In this document: positions 51,515-62,890 of the stretch, one piece after another
Position numbering within the stretch: position 1 is the first letter of the stretch
Layout: the number at the start of each line of letters is the position of its first letter
DNA from: Albugo candida
Lineage: Eukaryota
Length of the DNA: 64,000 bases
NCBI GenBank assembly: GCA_040437565.1
Contig: JBDOQK010000006.1
Coordinates: forward strand, 682,001 to 746,000
Reading direction: 5' to 3'
Position numbers and translations under genes: made by a program
Notes under the pieces: generated by a model
Told to the model about the DNA's origin: nothing
The model's input: only the letters and a program-made list of their open reading frames with translations
Databases searched by the model: none

Positions 51515-53248
51515 ATGACGCAAAGAAATATTGCAATTTTGCTTCCAGTGGAACGAATGTACAGTACAAACACTTTGGTCACTTGCTTGATGCGGTCTCA
51601 GACTTTACAAGTAAGAAGAGTCTCTATCTCTACTCTGAGGTGTGTGACAGCATTGCCAATTCACGTAATCAATCGAGTGGCTGGAAATTACCGAGCCAGT
51701 TCAGACATCCAAACTCAAAACCCAGTGCACTCTATCAGCGGTGAATGGAGCAAAACTCTTCCGTGGGCAAAGGTTCTAAAAAGATGCTTGAAAGAAGAAG
51801 GACCCGAGGACGTCTCAAATATGCTAACCCATCTCGCTGATAAACGCGCTCTGATCACATCCCCTAGCAAGCTCATGAGGCTTTGCGCATTTCTGGCGAG
51901 ATACGAGTGGTATAATCCTGTGCATAATATTCTGAACGATAGCTTGGAAAAATTTGTGCCAATCCGGGACAAAACAAACGCCAGTGAGCAATTTGTCGCA
52001 TCAGGGCTCGATAAAGTATTTGATTCAGTGCTGAGTGTGTACAAAGAGAAAAACGAGTGGAAGCAAGTTCATAGAATGATACATCTATTGCATGATAGAT
52101 CCATCGATCCATCTCTACGAATTCTTCGTGTGTTTCTTATCACTTGCGCCAGATCGAATCGAAAAGAGCATGTGCATAAAATCATTCAGCATTTACATTT
52201 GAACAGACTTGTCAGCAGTCTAAATGACGTCGAAAACATGAAGACGGTCACAGCCTGTTGCCAAGCTCTATTACTCCTCGGACAGTCAAATCGTGTCATT
52301 CAATTGTTGGGACACTTGGTAGACGATTTGCCATCGAGCAAACATTATACTGAAAGTCGTGAAAGCGATCTTTTTTGGATAGGTTTCAAAAAGCTGATAC
52401 ATTCTGGGAATACTATTCGTCTCAATGTTCTTGTGGAAGCTTATATCAACGAAAATCAAAAAAGCCAAGTCTTGAGGACTTTGTCCTGGATGCACAGAAA
52501 CAAGCATGCGAAGCCAGATTGTGTCACCTTTGAAATGATTCTGCAGTATTTGGTGAGACACAAAGACTATAACAAGGCTCTCACAATATATCAACATGCA
52601 CATCAATTAGAATGCGTTTCCGGAGACAAAAACACTCTAATCAATCTAGCTTCGCTCACGGCAGCTTTGACCGCATGGAAGACTTTAGACAAGAGGCGAA
52701 AACCGGAATCTGTATACTGCCAGTATGCATCCGATATCTGGAATCAGCTGGAAAAGTATGATTTTGCAAAGGCCAAAGAACACCAGATATTGCACTTATT
52801 TGACTGCCTCTGGAAGTACGGCTATCGCAAAGCGGCATCAAATGTTTTTGTACGAGTTATTTCTTCAACCTGTGGCGTCATTTGGAGCCGCCGAAATTGG
52901 GTCCGTCAGCTTAGCTCCGGTGCGGTCCAAGTAGATCTGCACGGATTTTCATGCGGAGCCGCACAATCTGCAATCCTTTTTGTTTTGCACGAGCTTGATC
53001 AAGAATGTCCCATGATGGAAGAGCTAAAAACTACAAAAATTGGAAAAAACTGGCAACCTGATATCCGTATCATCACTGGTGTCGGCCGTCACAGTACAAA
53101 AAAGTACATGCATGGCGAGTTACGGACGCGTATCATCACTTTACTCAATGAATTCTCTCCATTACTGAATCCCTCACAGTGCAGCACAAATTCTGGAGTA
53201 TTACTGATCACTGGTCACAATCTGCGGAAATGGATGGAGAAAAGGTAG
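51515..53248 (+). CDS. PPR-like repeat protein with C-terminal SMR (small MutS-related) domain
   Basis: Degenerate PPR helices (LNVLVEAY....Q...V...L..M....AKPDCVTFEMIL). SMR motifs VDLHGFS...A, IITGVGRHS and NSGVL.I. Confidence 0.8.
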   Translation: MTQRNIAILLPVERMYSTNTLVTCLMRSQTLQVRRVSISTLRCVTALPIHVINRVAGNYRASSDIQTQNPVHSISGEWSKTLPWAKVLKRCLKEEGPEDVSNMLTHLADKRALITSPSKLMRLCAFLARYEWYNPVHNILNDSLEKFVPIRDKTNASEQFVASGLDKVFDSVLSVYKEKNEWKQVHRMIHLLHDRSIDPSLRILRVFLITCARSNRKEHVHKIIQHLHLNRLVSSLNDVENMKTVTACCQALLLLGQSNRVIQLLGHLVDDLPSSKHYTESRESDLFWIGFKKLIHSGNTIRLNVLVEAYINENQKSQVLRTLSWMHRNKHAKPDCVTFEMILQYLVRHKDYNKALTIYQHAHQLECVSGDKNTLINLASLTAALTAWKTLDKRRKPESVYCQYASDIWNQLEKYDFAKAKEHQILHLFDCLWKYGYRKAASNVFVRVISSTCGVIWSRRNWVRQLSSGAVQVDLHGFSCGAAQSAILFVLHELDQECPMMEELKTTKIGKNWQPDIRIITGVGRHSTKKYMHGELRTRIITLLNEFSPLLNPSQCSTNSGVLLITGHNLRKWMEKR

Positions 53249-53534
53249 AATCGTGATCGATACTTTTTCGATTCTGAATTCATTTGTTTATAATACGTCA
53301 TATTCCGTTGCAGTACAATTCAGATACGNNNNNNNNNNNNNNNNNNNNNNNNNNNNNNNNNNNNNNNNNNNNNNNNNNNNNNNNNNNNNNNNNNNNNNNN
53401 NNNNNNNNNNNNNNNNNNNNNNNNNNNNCCGTATCTGAATTGTACTGCAACGGAATATGACGTATTATAAACAAATGAATTCAGAATCGAAAAAGTATCG
53501 ATCACGATTCTTTTTCGATTCTGAATTCATTTGT

Positions 53535-56111
53535 TTATAATACGTCATATTCCGTTGCAGTACAATTCAGATACGGATGAACGGGATCGCCATGGGTACT
53601 CCTTTTATGCTTAATCTCCATTGCGTTTGGTGCGTTTTCTCTACCAAATGCATTCATTTGCGCATTTTTATTCGCAGACTCTGTTGATACCTCGACAGGA
53701 GACACGTATCGATGGTTACCGCTGTTGCGCGAATTACGATCCTGTTTCTGAATTCGTAACATAGCTCTTCGCTTCACCACTGAGGAACTTGCTTCCTCTT
53801 GTATCTCTTGCTGTACATCATTTTGTAGCCTTGAGAGGAGATCAGCAAAGTCTGGTCTTTTTCTCGGATCATCTTCCAGACAATCCAAAATCAGCTTACG
53901 ACGTGCACCACGATAAGAAGTCTCCTTGTACTGAGAGCTTCCTCGGTGCTCTCCTGCACTTGAGTTCAAAGAGCCCACAGATTGACTAATAATTGCGTCC
54001 ACGTCGGTTATCAATCCCTCAACGGGAGGTAGAGGTGGAAGTGTTGGACGTGCATTACCATGCGCGATCCGAAGTAAAAGCTGCAAACCTGTCTCTTCAT
54101 AATCGTAATATGGCGTCTTTTTGGTCTCAAGTTCAGTCAGTATGATGCCGAAAGAATATACATCAGCAGGAGCCCCATAATTCTCGCTGCGAATGATTTC
54201 TGGAGCCAACCAAAATGGTGTGCCAACTAGTGTCGTCAATGCATCGATGCTCTTATTGTACCGTCTACTGAGCCCAAAATCGCCAACTTTGCAACCGAAT
54301 GTTGCCGAGCAAAACACATTGACACTTTTTAGATCTCGATGCACAATAAGTGGTTCACGAGTATGCAGATACAGCATTCCATGCACAATGTCCAAAGCTA
54401 TGTTGAGTAATGGGTCTGACCATGTGAACGATTCTTTCATGTTGGAATGCAGAACCGAATGCAGATCTCCATTCTCCATATACTCCATGACAATACATAG
54501 GTTGGAGCAATTATTCCAGCTCGCTCCAATGAATTGTACAATGTTAGGATGCCGTAGACTGGACATCAATTCAATTTCCTGGCGAAAATACCGAAGGGAG
54601 CTCTCGGTGATATGATCCCGTCGAATTCTCTTGCAAACTACAGTTGTTCCGTAGTAACGAGCTTTGATGACATCGCTCATCGCGCCACGACCGATCGCAT
54701 GTAGAAACTCCAAATCATCGAAAGGAATCTGAATCAAATGTAGCCGTCGTGAGGATAGGGGGTCATCAGATGCTGCCGAATCGAGTTCATGAGTTCTCGA
54801 TTCGTCGCTACCAATGCTATTGATCGATCCAAAGACTTGCTCCACGGCTCGTTTCTCTTCTTCTGCTGCCGCTCCGTGCATCAACGCTGCTTCTGCCTTA
54901 TCCAAAGAAGACTTGAGAGAAGCGTTTTCTTTTTCGACCTGAAGTGTTGCCAGAAAGGAACGTCGATTCGTTCCATCCGAAAAATAGCTAAGCAGCAACA
55001 ACAAAATCAAAGCCAAGAAAAATGTGAATGCTGCAAAAATGTGCACTGAGTGACCCGCAATCCAAATAGATGCAACGTATGTAATGATCGCAGCAGCTGT
55101 GACAACATTAACTTGAGTAAATTCGAGTCTGATGGAGATTGCGAATATGAAACTTGAAATCGAGACGAAACCAATTATGACTTGCAGTAAAATACCAAAA
55201 CATCGTTCCACAAAATAAGAAAATAATTGCCTTTGTAGACGAATGTGTGGAAACCCACGAGAAATCCATTTTTTGTCTCCTTGAAGCCTTTCTCCGTTTG
55301 TTTGCAACAGCGGTGAGGTCAAAACGTTTCCACTGTCACTGTCTACTGGCGATGAAATTCGGTTAGTCATGAAGCCGTCCTGCTTCCCATCCGATATTAA
55401 TCGCTTCGTCTCATTTGACTCCAAATCATGCAAATTGATCACCCACGTTTCATTATTATAATCCCAACTTTCCCCAAATTTTGGACTACAATGCAAATAC
55501 TTATCAAGTTTGACCAAAAATACATCTAGTGCTATGCGATTCGCACGAGCTAACCATAATTGGAATCCCAGATTTGATAAAACAATGATACAGCACACCC
55601 AAATACGCCAGTATTTCTGTACCAACGGAACGCTGCAGCGTGGAAGCGCGAAAGGTATCACAAATAACAAATAAACCCATTGCAGATAATCTGAAAAGTG
55701 CGTCCAGGATCCCACAAACTGCTCCATTCCGTAGATCCCAGATGAAGGAAGGATACTGAATAAGCCGTGCATCAACCCATGCAAAAGCATCCAAATCCAA
55801 ATATGCCACCGAGCACGAGCAAACCAATGTTCCGATGCAAAAGTTTGATAGGCTTTTTCCAAGTTTGAGTTTTGAAAAACTCTTGTATACGATTTGAAGA
55901 TTTGGTTGTCTGGAAGGATTAACAATTGTGTCATAGACTTTGGCTCCATTTCCGCAGTATGTTTAGAATCGTAATCATTTTGCCGCACGGTATACTTTGA
56001 AATATAGCCACTTATGCCACGACAGCAATTCAATAGGGAGCTCTCTGAACGATTGTATGTCGAGACCAGCAATGAAATAAAGTTGCCTGCTGCTCTCCGG
56101 GCTGTTTGCAT
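53535..56111 (-). CDS. Multi-pass membrane TKL protein kinase
   Basis: Several hydrophobic helices, a coiled coil, then a kinase domain (GRGAMSDV, VVCK, HRDLKS.N, DFG, GTPFWLAPE, DVYSFG). The start may be Met 55949. Confidence 0.9.
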   Translation of the reverse strand: MQTARRAAGNFISLLVSTYNRSESSLLNCCRGISGYISKYTVRQNDYDSKHTAEMEPKSMTQLLILPDNQIFKSYTRVFQNSNLEKAYQTFASEHWFARARWHIWIWMLLHGLMHGLFSILPSSGIYGMEQFVGSWTHFSDYLQWVYLLFVIPFALPRCSVPLVQKYWRIWVCCIIVLSNLGFQLWLARANRIALDVFLVKLDKYLHCSPKFGESWDYNNETWVINLHDLESNETKRLISDGKQDGFMTNRISSPVDSDSGNVLTSPLLQTNGERLQGDKKWISRGFPHIRLQRQLFSYFVERCFGILLQVIIGFVSISSFIFAISIRLEFTQVNVVTAAAIITYVASIWIAGHSVHIFAAFTFFLALILLLLLSYFSDGTNRRSFLATLQVEKENASLKSSLDKAEAALMHGAAAEEEKRAVEQVFGSINSIGSDESRTHELDSAASDDPLSSRRLHLIQIPFDDLEFLHAIGRGAMSDVIKARYYGTTVVCKRIRRDHITESSLRYFRQEIELMSSLRHPNIVQFIGASWNNCSNLCIVMEYMENGDLHSVLHSNMKESFTWSDPLLNIALDIVHGMLYLHTREPLIVHRDLKSVNVFCSATFGCKVGDFGLSRRYNKSIDALTTLVGTPFWLAPEIIRSENYGAPADVYSFGIILTELETKKTPYYDYEETGLQLLLRIAHGNARPTLPPLPPVEGLITDVDAIISQSVGSLNSSAGEHRGSSQYKETSYRGARRKLILDCLEDDPRKRPDFADLLSRLQNDVQQEIQEEASSSVVKRRAMLRIQKQDRNSRNSGNHRYVSPVEVSTESANKNAQMNAFGRENAPNAMEIKHKRSTHGDPVHPYLNCTATEYDVL

Positions 56112-56226
56112 GATAGAATTCGAACAAAGCGTATTTTAATTTCAAAGTTCGAATTTCTAAATTTTTATTCAGTTTTCGTGAATGAAATAATTACAGTCAA
56201 GTGCGTGAGAAAATAAAGACAAAAAT

Positions 56227-59104
56227 ATGGGAAAATCATGGATTGTGAAGGAAGGGTATTTACAGCTTCGTGTAGATGGGAGAAAACCACAGAGTGAAGG
56301 GAAGAGTGTCACAACAAGAACGAGAGAAGGTCACGGATCATTTTCCCTCATCGATCATTATTTCGTGTTACGAATCGATTGTAAAATACAAATATTTCAG
56401 ACTAATAGCAAAGAAAATTTGGCGAAAACAGTTTATGTACAAGCATTTTCGGGGTGGGATGGCGACGCATTGCTTAAACTAGACTCTTATGGTATTGAGG
56501 TAGTCTGTACGAGTCGGGCAAAGGAGCAGAAGACTGTATCGTTGTATGTCGCAGCCCACAACCGACGTGACTTGATGCAATGGTGTCGAGCTTTTGTGGG
56601 TATGTTAGGAGCTAGTTGTTGCTTTTACCGAGCTTCTAATTCTTTTATTTGTAGCGGTACTGGATCCACAAAGTGAACCAGCAACGGAACTAAACCGTGA
56701 ACGGCGCAAATATAAGAAAGAAGTAAAACGCAATCTTAAACTTGAGGAAGAAAAAGCTCAAAAGTGGAAAGAGGTTCGAAGGACAAAACTTGCTTATCTT
56801 CGGCAAGAAACCTAACTTACAATGTGCGCCTTTCGATTCTAGCTTAGAGAAAAAGTAGCACAAGAAGAACACTATAGACAAGTTGCAAGGGAGGAAGAAA
56901 TCAGTAACATGACACCACTCGAACGAATCAATGATTCTGGATCGCTGGACGATGACACGATACGTACGTTAGAGAAGAGGCAAGCGAGGCTACAGCGACG
57001 AAGGCAATCAGCTATTGCGAGACTCAACAAAAGTGCTTACCGTCGGCGTCTTGAAGGTGCAAGTGGTGGAAAGATAGAAAGCATGCAACCCTTGCAAAAC
57101 AAACCGATAGACTTGAAGCCTCGCGAACGCGTCGAACTACCACCACCAGGTCAGTTTTTCCAGAAGGTTTCTGACACCAGCAACAGAAATAAGGAAGAGA
57201 AAATATCAAGTTCAAACAGAACGGATAGAATTCACGCATCTCGTTTTCATGCAAGTCTTTCAAGCACAACTCAGGCGGATAGATCGAGGACTCATTCTAA
57301 TGAGCAAATTCCATTACCACCACCAAACTCACATAATGTATCGGACACAAAGCAACCATTCGAGGAATTCTTTTCTGAGGATCAAAGTTTGAATATCTCC
57401 GTCACGGGAAGTAATAGGCCACGGAGGGTATCATCTTTCATACCGCCACCACCGCCACTACCAACTGATGATGAAAGCCGATCCAATCGTATACTTTATG
57501 ATAATCACATTGATGAACTCGACGCTCCGGCAGGTGAAGATTGGAAGTCTATCCGCAGCGAAAATTCGTATTCAAACCGAGTTAATCGAGCACTCGAAGG
57601 CGAAGATGGTGTTAGTACTCAGCAGCGAGCTCAACGTCGGATACAAAGTGTAATCCCGACAGTTGCCTATAGCGAAAGACTAAAAACATCAGATCTCAAT
57701 TTCAGTGAGACCGCCGACAGTGACACTCATAGTGTGGTCAGAGAGAAGCCCACACGACGCAGAGGGCTCTTTGATGATAGCAGCGATGAATCAGGCGAGA
57801 ATTCTGATGATGGGCACGAAGCAGCATCTTTTTATGATGCCACTCACCCAAACGCAATAAAAGTCATACATTCTCCATCACCTCCGGATTCGAAGACGAG
57901 ATCTCGACATGATATGTCAAATAAGAGATCGAGCTCACCACTCTTCCTCGATTCCAAGGTCTCTGATACGATAGAAAAGATGGCTATTACGCGTGAATTG
58001 CCCTTAAGCGCATCATCAGCACATAAGGATTCTCTAGAAGTCTCCTACGTTTCTTCAAGGCTTATACAGAAGGCTGGTCAAAAACCTTTTGGTGTGTTCA
58101 AATATTCACTTCTAAGCGGTTCAGCGGAACATACAATTGAAAAAAGTTACAAAGATTTGAAATACATTCACTCTCGACTAATGGAAGAGTGTGGTACACG
58201 AAATTTGCCCAGATTTCCGTCAAAGCATTGGTATCGAGATAACTTGAAAGCGGAAAACATGCACAAGCGAGCGTTGGAGATATTGCAGTATTTGCAGTCT
58301 CTAGTGAGCATTCCCGGTATTATTGACAATGAAGTATTCCGCACCGAGTATCAGATTGCGTATGTCGAGCACAATAGAGACGATAAAGACCCAAGACAAT
58401 CAGAGAAGGATGCATCGATCCCAGGCGGAGTATCAGCTGCTAAACATCGCACTAACCGCTTAGAAACTCAATCACAGGACTCGGAAGTATCCAAAAGCAA
58501 AGCCATTAGCAAAAGTGGACGCCTATTTGCATCGTCGGACTCGTCCAATGGTGAATCGTCAGATGAAGCAGTCAAGTCAAAAACAAAAAAAGGTCATGAA
58601 GGGAGCAAACTAGTAATCAGAAATGCTTCAACGAAATCAGTTGGTTCAAGCTCGATGCTGCATTCAATTGACCACGATAAGCATACTGCAAAGCAATCTG
58701 ATATCGAAACTGAACCTTTGCATAAGAGGGATATGCAAGAAAGTAACAAGGTACCCAAAAAAGCATCGCTTCCAGCCTCAAATGGTATGTCAATTGATTT
58801 ACTAGAAGCTATCAGACGAGGGAAGAATCTCCAAAGGACCCAAAATTCAAACATTCCAAGCAGTAATAAAACTCAACTTACCACGACTTCGGTATCAAGC
58901 GTTATCCCAAGTAGCTATATGCATGGTTCAACTACGGATGCGTTGGATACTTCCAACCCATCAAAGCTCACCAACGTTCCGTCTTCTCAGCAAGTGCATT
59001 CGGTCAGCGATGCTATTTCTAATGCTTTGGCCATGCGGAAAGTATTCGTTGAATTCGAGGAACGTTCGGACGCTATAGATTCCGACGATGATTGGGACGA
59101 CTAG
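56227..59104 (+). CDS. PH-coiled-coil-PX protein with C-terminal WH2-central-acidic (WCA/VCA) module, 3 exons
   Basis: PH exon (VKEGYLQ...LMQWCRAF). Introns at about 56601-56653 and 56774-56842 restore the frame into ORF 56909. PX domain (EKSYKDLKYIHSRL...LPRFPSK...KRALEILQYLQSL), WH2 (LLEAIRRGKNLQRT) and C-terminus SVSDAISNALAMRK...DSDDDWDD. Confidence 0.8.
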
Positions 59105-60130
59105 CAAATCTTAGGTTTTGTTTCCGCCTCATAAACTCCGAAAATTTGACACTTGTGAAGATAGAGCTGCTATCTTCACTCTGATTTACACCTGAGCTCG
59201 TGTGATGGGTCGTTGAGCAAGAGGAAGCGTGTACCAGCTTGGACGCCTTATGTGCGTCTCTTTGCTCATACAGGATGTGTATCGGGCAGATACAAAGGAA
59301 GAGTACACGAATTCACCGGATATCGGTCCTCAATATGTTGTGAAGCAACTTTGATTGGATGAAGCCGGTACATACACAGCAAGAGATTTTGGACGTGATT
59401 CAATTCCATCAGAAATGTTTGCGATCGCAAAATTGCATTTGGTTCTTCTCTGTGCGATATTTGTGGCGTTTTGCGCGGCCTCGTACCTGCGCTCTCGGAA
59501 AAAGGCTCACCATTTTTGACGTTGGCAGTGCGTTTGCATCAATGATTCTGTGGTGCATATTGCGCTTACATGTGTCATTAGGATTCACTCACAGAGCTAC
59601 CAAAGTGAACGCTTAGAGGACGATCAAATTTGAATATATATTATGCATATTACCCGTTGCCTTTCTAACCGTGTTAGTCAAGTGTCATGTTGATCATATG
59701 ATAACAATCTGGCAATGTACTGTACACTGTCTATGTATAATCGACCTTTAATAAGAGTGCTATGTCGTATAATCTGCATACCCACGCTACCGCTATTCTT
59801 GAAATTCACGGTAAACCTTACCGCCACCGAATCTAAAAATAGTTATCGGGTTGCATGAGTTGCACATATCCATGAGTACACCTCATCATGTGTGTCCTTT
59901 GCAGCACTTGAAGCATTGCAAAAGGCACACAAATTGAGGTGTACTCATANNNNNNNNNNNNNNNNNNNNNNNNNNNNNNNNNNNNNNNNNNNNNNNNNNN
60001 NNNNNNNNNNNNNNNNNNNNNNNNNNNNNNNNNNNNNNNNNNNNNNNNNCATGCTAAGAGACTTGCAACATCAGGTCAAAATCTGTCTGTGTCGTTCCTT
60101 TTATTCTCATTTATAATTACTAACTATTGT

Positions 60131-61474
60131 ATGAAAATGCAGCGAACAAGAAAGACAACGACGACACCAACGAAAAATGCAACAACAGCAACAACTATGA
60201 AGCGCGTCGGTGGCGGATTTGTACTGCGCACACCTCCAACGGTGACAACGCCAGCACGAACTCAGCAGCGCCCGTCGACAACACCAGCACGAACTCAGCA
60301 GCGCCCGTCCACAACGACAGCACGAACTCAGCAGCGCCCGTCGACAACACCAGCACGAACTCAGCAGCGCCCGTCGACAACGCCAGCACGAACTCAGCAG
60401 CGCCCGTCGACAACGACAGCACGAACTCAGCAGCGCCCGTCCACAACGACAGCACGAACTCAGCAGCGCCCGTCGACAACGTCATCAACATTGCGAGCTA
60501 ACGTACCAAGAAATGCGACGACGGCCAATGTGGGGTGGACCGATTCTACTAATGACCCGGTAATGCGTGCGGGTACGGGCGCGCGCGTGGCAGCGGCCTC
60601 CGGTGCAAGAGTGTCTGCGGTGCCGACCCCGACAAGAATTCCAGCAATGCCGGCAGATCCAACATCGGAAAACCAACCGCGACTGCGACAATTGGTGCAA
60701 CTCAAAAAAGAGAATGTTCAGTTGTCGCGCGCCCTGGAGACGAAGTCAACTCAACTCCGAAGCGCTACTGAGAAGATTGGTTCGCTCAAAACGGTCGTCC
60801 AAGAACTCAACCAGCAGCTGGAAGTAAGTCGTCAACGAAACCAGATTTGTCAACGCAAGCTGGATTATGCGTACAAGACACATAAAGATGATGGATACAA
60901 GCTGAAGGAGCTCACGGATGGACACACGATACTCAAGTCCGAGTTATCAAGATCAAAGGCGATGCTGGACGAGTTCAAAGTCTTCATGGAGCAGCAGCAA
61001 AGACAACTGATGGAGCTTAAACATGAAGGCGATTTGAAGACTTCCGAATTGACGGAAACGGAAACGGCTCTCATGCAGAAGATGGAGCTTCAGCATCAAC
61101 ACGATCAAGAAAAGATCAAGCAATTGGAGCAAGTGGGTATTAAATCCAACGCGGAAATTTTGAAGTCCCGGTCAGTACTCGATGAATTATTGGCTTTTAT
61201 GGAGGATCATCTTAGCTATCTGAAAGTGACCAAAGAAGCCAAAGAAAAGAAGACATCATGTGCATTACAGAATCAAGCAGCTGAAAACAGAAGTACCGAT
61301 CAAGAAGCGGCAGTCTATGAACGTCGAGTGCATCGCGGATATGACCTCATTACGTCATTTAAGATGCATGTAGACATGCTGCAGTGGAAGCTTGAGAATT
61401 CGGAGAACAAGATTGAAGAACAAAGAAAACTACTGCACAGGATATCAACTGAACACGACAAGATGCATAACTAG
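60131..61474 (+). CDS. Basic tandem-repeat plus long coiled-coil protein of unknown function
   Basis: ATG at 60131, seven TT(P/T)ARTQQRPS repeats, then about 270 aa of heptad-rich sequence. Confidence 0.75.
   Translation: MKMQRTRKTTTTPTKNATTATTMKRVGGGFVLRTPPTVTTPARTQQRPSTTPARTQQRPSTTTARTQQRPSTTPARTQQRPSTTPARTQQRPSTTTARTQQRPSTTTARTQQRPSTTSSTLRANVPRNATTANVGWTDSTNDPVMRAGTGARVAAASGARVSAVPTPTRIPAMPADPTSENQPRLRQLVQLKKENVQLSRALETKSTQLRSATEKIGSLKTVVQELNQQLEVSRQRNQICQRKLDYAYKTHKDDGYKLKELTDGHTILKSELSRSKAMLDEFKVFMEQQQRQLMELKHEGDLKTSELTETETALMQKMELQHQHDQEKIKQLEQVGIKSNAEILKSRSVLDELLAFMEDHLSYLKVTKEAKEKKTSCALQNQAAENRSTDQEAAVYERRVHRGYDLITSFKMHVDMLQWKLENSENKIEEQRKLLHRISTEHDKMHN
60245..60480 (+). repeat. 33-bp coding minisatellite, 7 copies
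   Basis: The unit ACAAC(G/A)(C/A)CAGCACGAACTCAGCAGCGCCCGTC(G/C) is repeated head-to-tail with no spacers. Confidence 0.95.
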
Positions 61475-62890
61475 CAGGACGTCGTATGCAATTGGAAAGC
61501 AAGCACCTCAAACATTTGTCCATGACCTCATAACGTCAAAATGGATACAATGCAACTGCTGGAAACTACCATGATCACCTCATTACGTCATCATGGGCTT
61601 GGCTCTTTTCAATTGCAGCTTAGTCGAGTTGCAGTACCTAATTGTAATTAATAAAACCTATTTTGTTATTGTGGTAGTTATTTATATTAGCAGGTGCTTT
61701 CGGATGCATATTTCTTACGTTATGATGCTACTCACTTCGGTTAATTGCGAGTATAGTCACTGTAGGTGGTACTTACTTCATATGTATCTGATGGCTAAGC
61801 TTGTAGATGCCTGTATATCTGTAGAATACAGATTCTGCAGTCCAAAAGTTACCAGCCTATGTACTTAACGAGGTTGAGCTACATTGTTTTCGCACGCATG
61901 GAAATAACCTGGATCTCAATCCAAGAGTCCCACTTCGTGCGAAATGAGTTTGAAGTGCTGGTAATGTCTTAAGCATTCTTACTTAAGAGGAATAATGAAA
62001 GGCTGCTTTCTCAAAACGTTAGGTCTTGCTTTGGGAGTCTTCCTTGCCCATGATTCACGTGAGATTGATTCATGCAAAATCGGCTCGGTCAACAGAATTT
62101 GAGAGAAGTATACTACTCAAAATAGAACCTCGTGTAAAATTTAACAAGAATGGAGCTCCTATAAAGCTCGCTGATTTGTGAAAAGACCATATTCGACTTG
62201 ACCCTGGTCATTTAGAATGAGCCAATTCCTAAGACGGAATTGGTATGGACGAAAACACCCCAAGTAATTCTACCATTTCTTTGGCATAAATTCCATCCAG
62301 AATATTCAATCACGAAATCAAACCAAGTGGAAACAACTGAAATTTTCAGTTATAAGCAAAATCCTGAAACATGTTACATCGGCTGGAGACTGAATTGGAA
62401 ATCCTTGAACATATTGGCCAAAGGAATAGAATTCCACCATTACCCAGCCCCCTCTCTCGCTCTTGATGGATACATTTCACAGCATTTTGGGTAATATACG
62501 CATGAACGGGTAACAGGAAATAGTCCTATACTTCAATTTGGAGAATCACAGGAGACCCAACGTATTCACATGCGTTTCCCGAAGACGGACATGCTATGTA
62601 CAGAAGTCCGCTTTCCTTATTCGTATCAAATCTGCGAGCACGTCGAGTTCAGCTGCATCAAAAACCAAACAAAGCTGCCAGAATATTTCAAGCAAATCGG
62701 AGAGACATTTCCTAATTTATTGCGTTTGGTGAATGGACGCTACCAGGGAAACCGTCAAACGTCAACTCCCCACATCTTAAAAATCAATAGTCAACTATCA
62801 TTTACCTCGGGTTGAACATGAAACCAGCACGGGAAAACGAGGTCTTTTAAATTCAACTCGGCTCAATTAATAATGCAACCTGGGGACATT

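Noticed and set aside
53250-53580. Inverted repeat or hairpin between the PPR-SMR and kinase genes
   Set aside because: The arms flank an N gap and copy the kinase 3' end. Most likely a scaffolding or chimeric-read artefact rather than a MITE or hairpin RNA.
60245-60480. Possible CRISPR-like array
   Set aside because: The units are contiguous with no unique spacers, keep the reading frame inside a CDS, and the context is eukaryotic with no cas genes.
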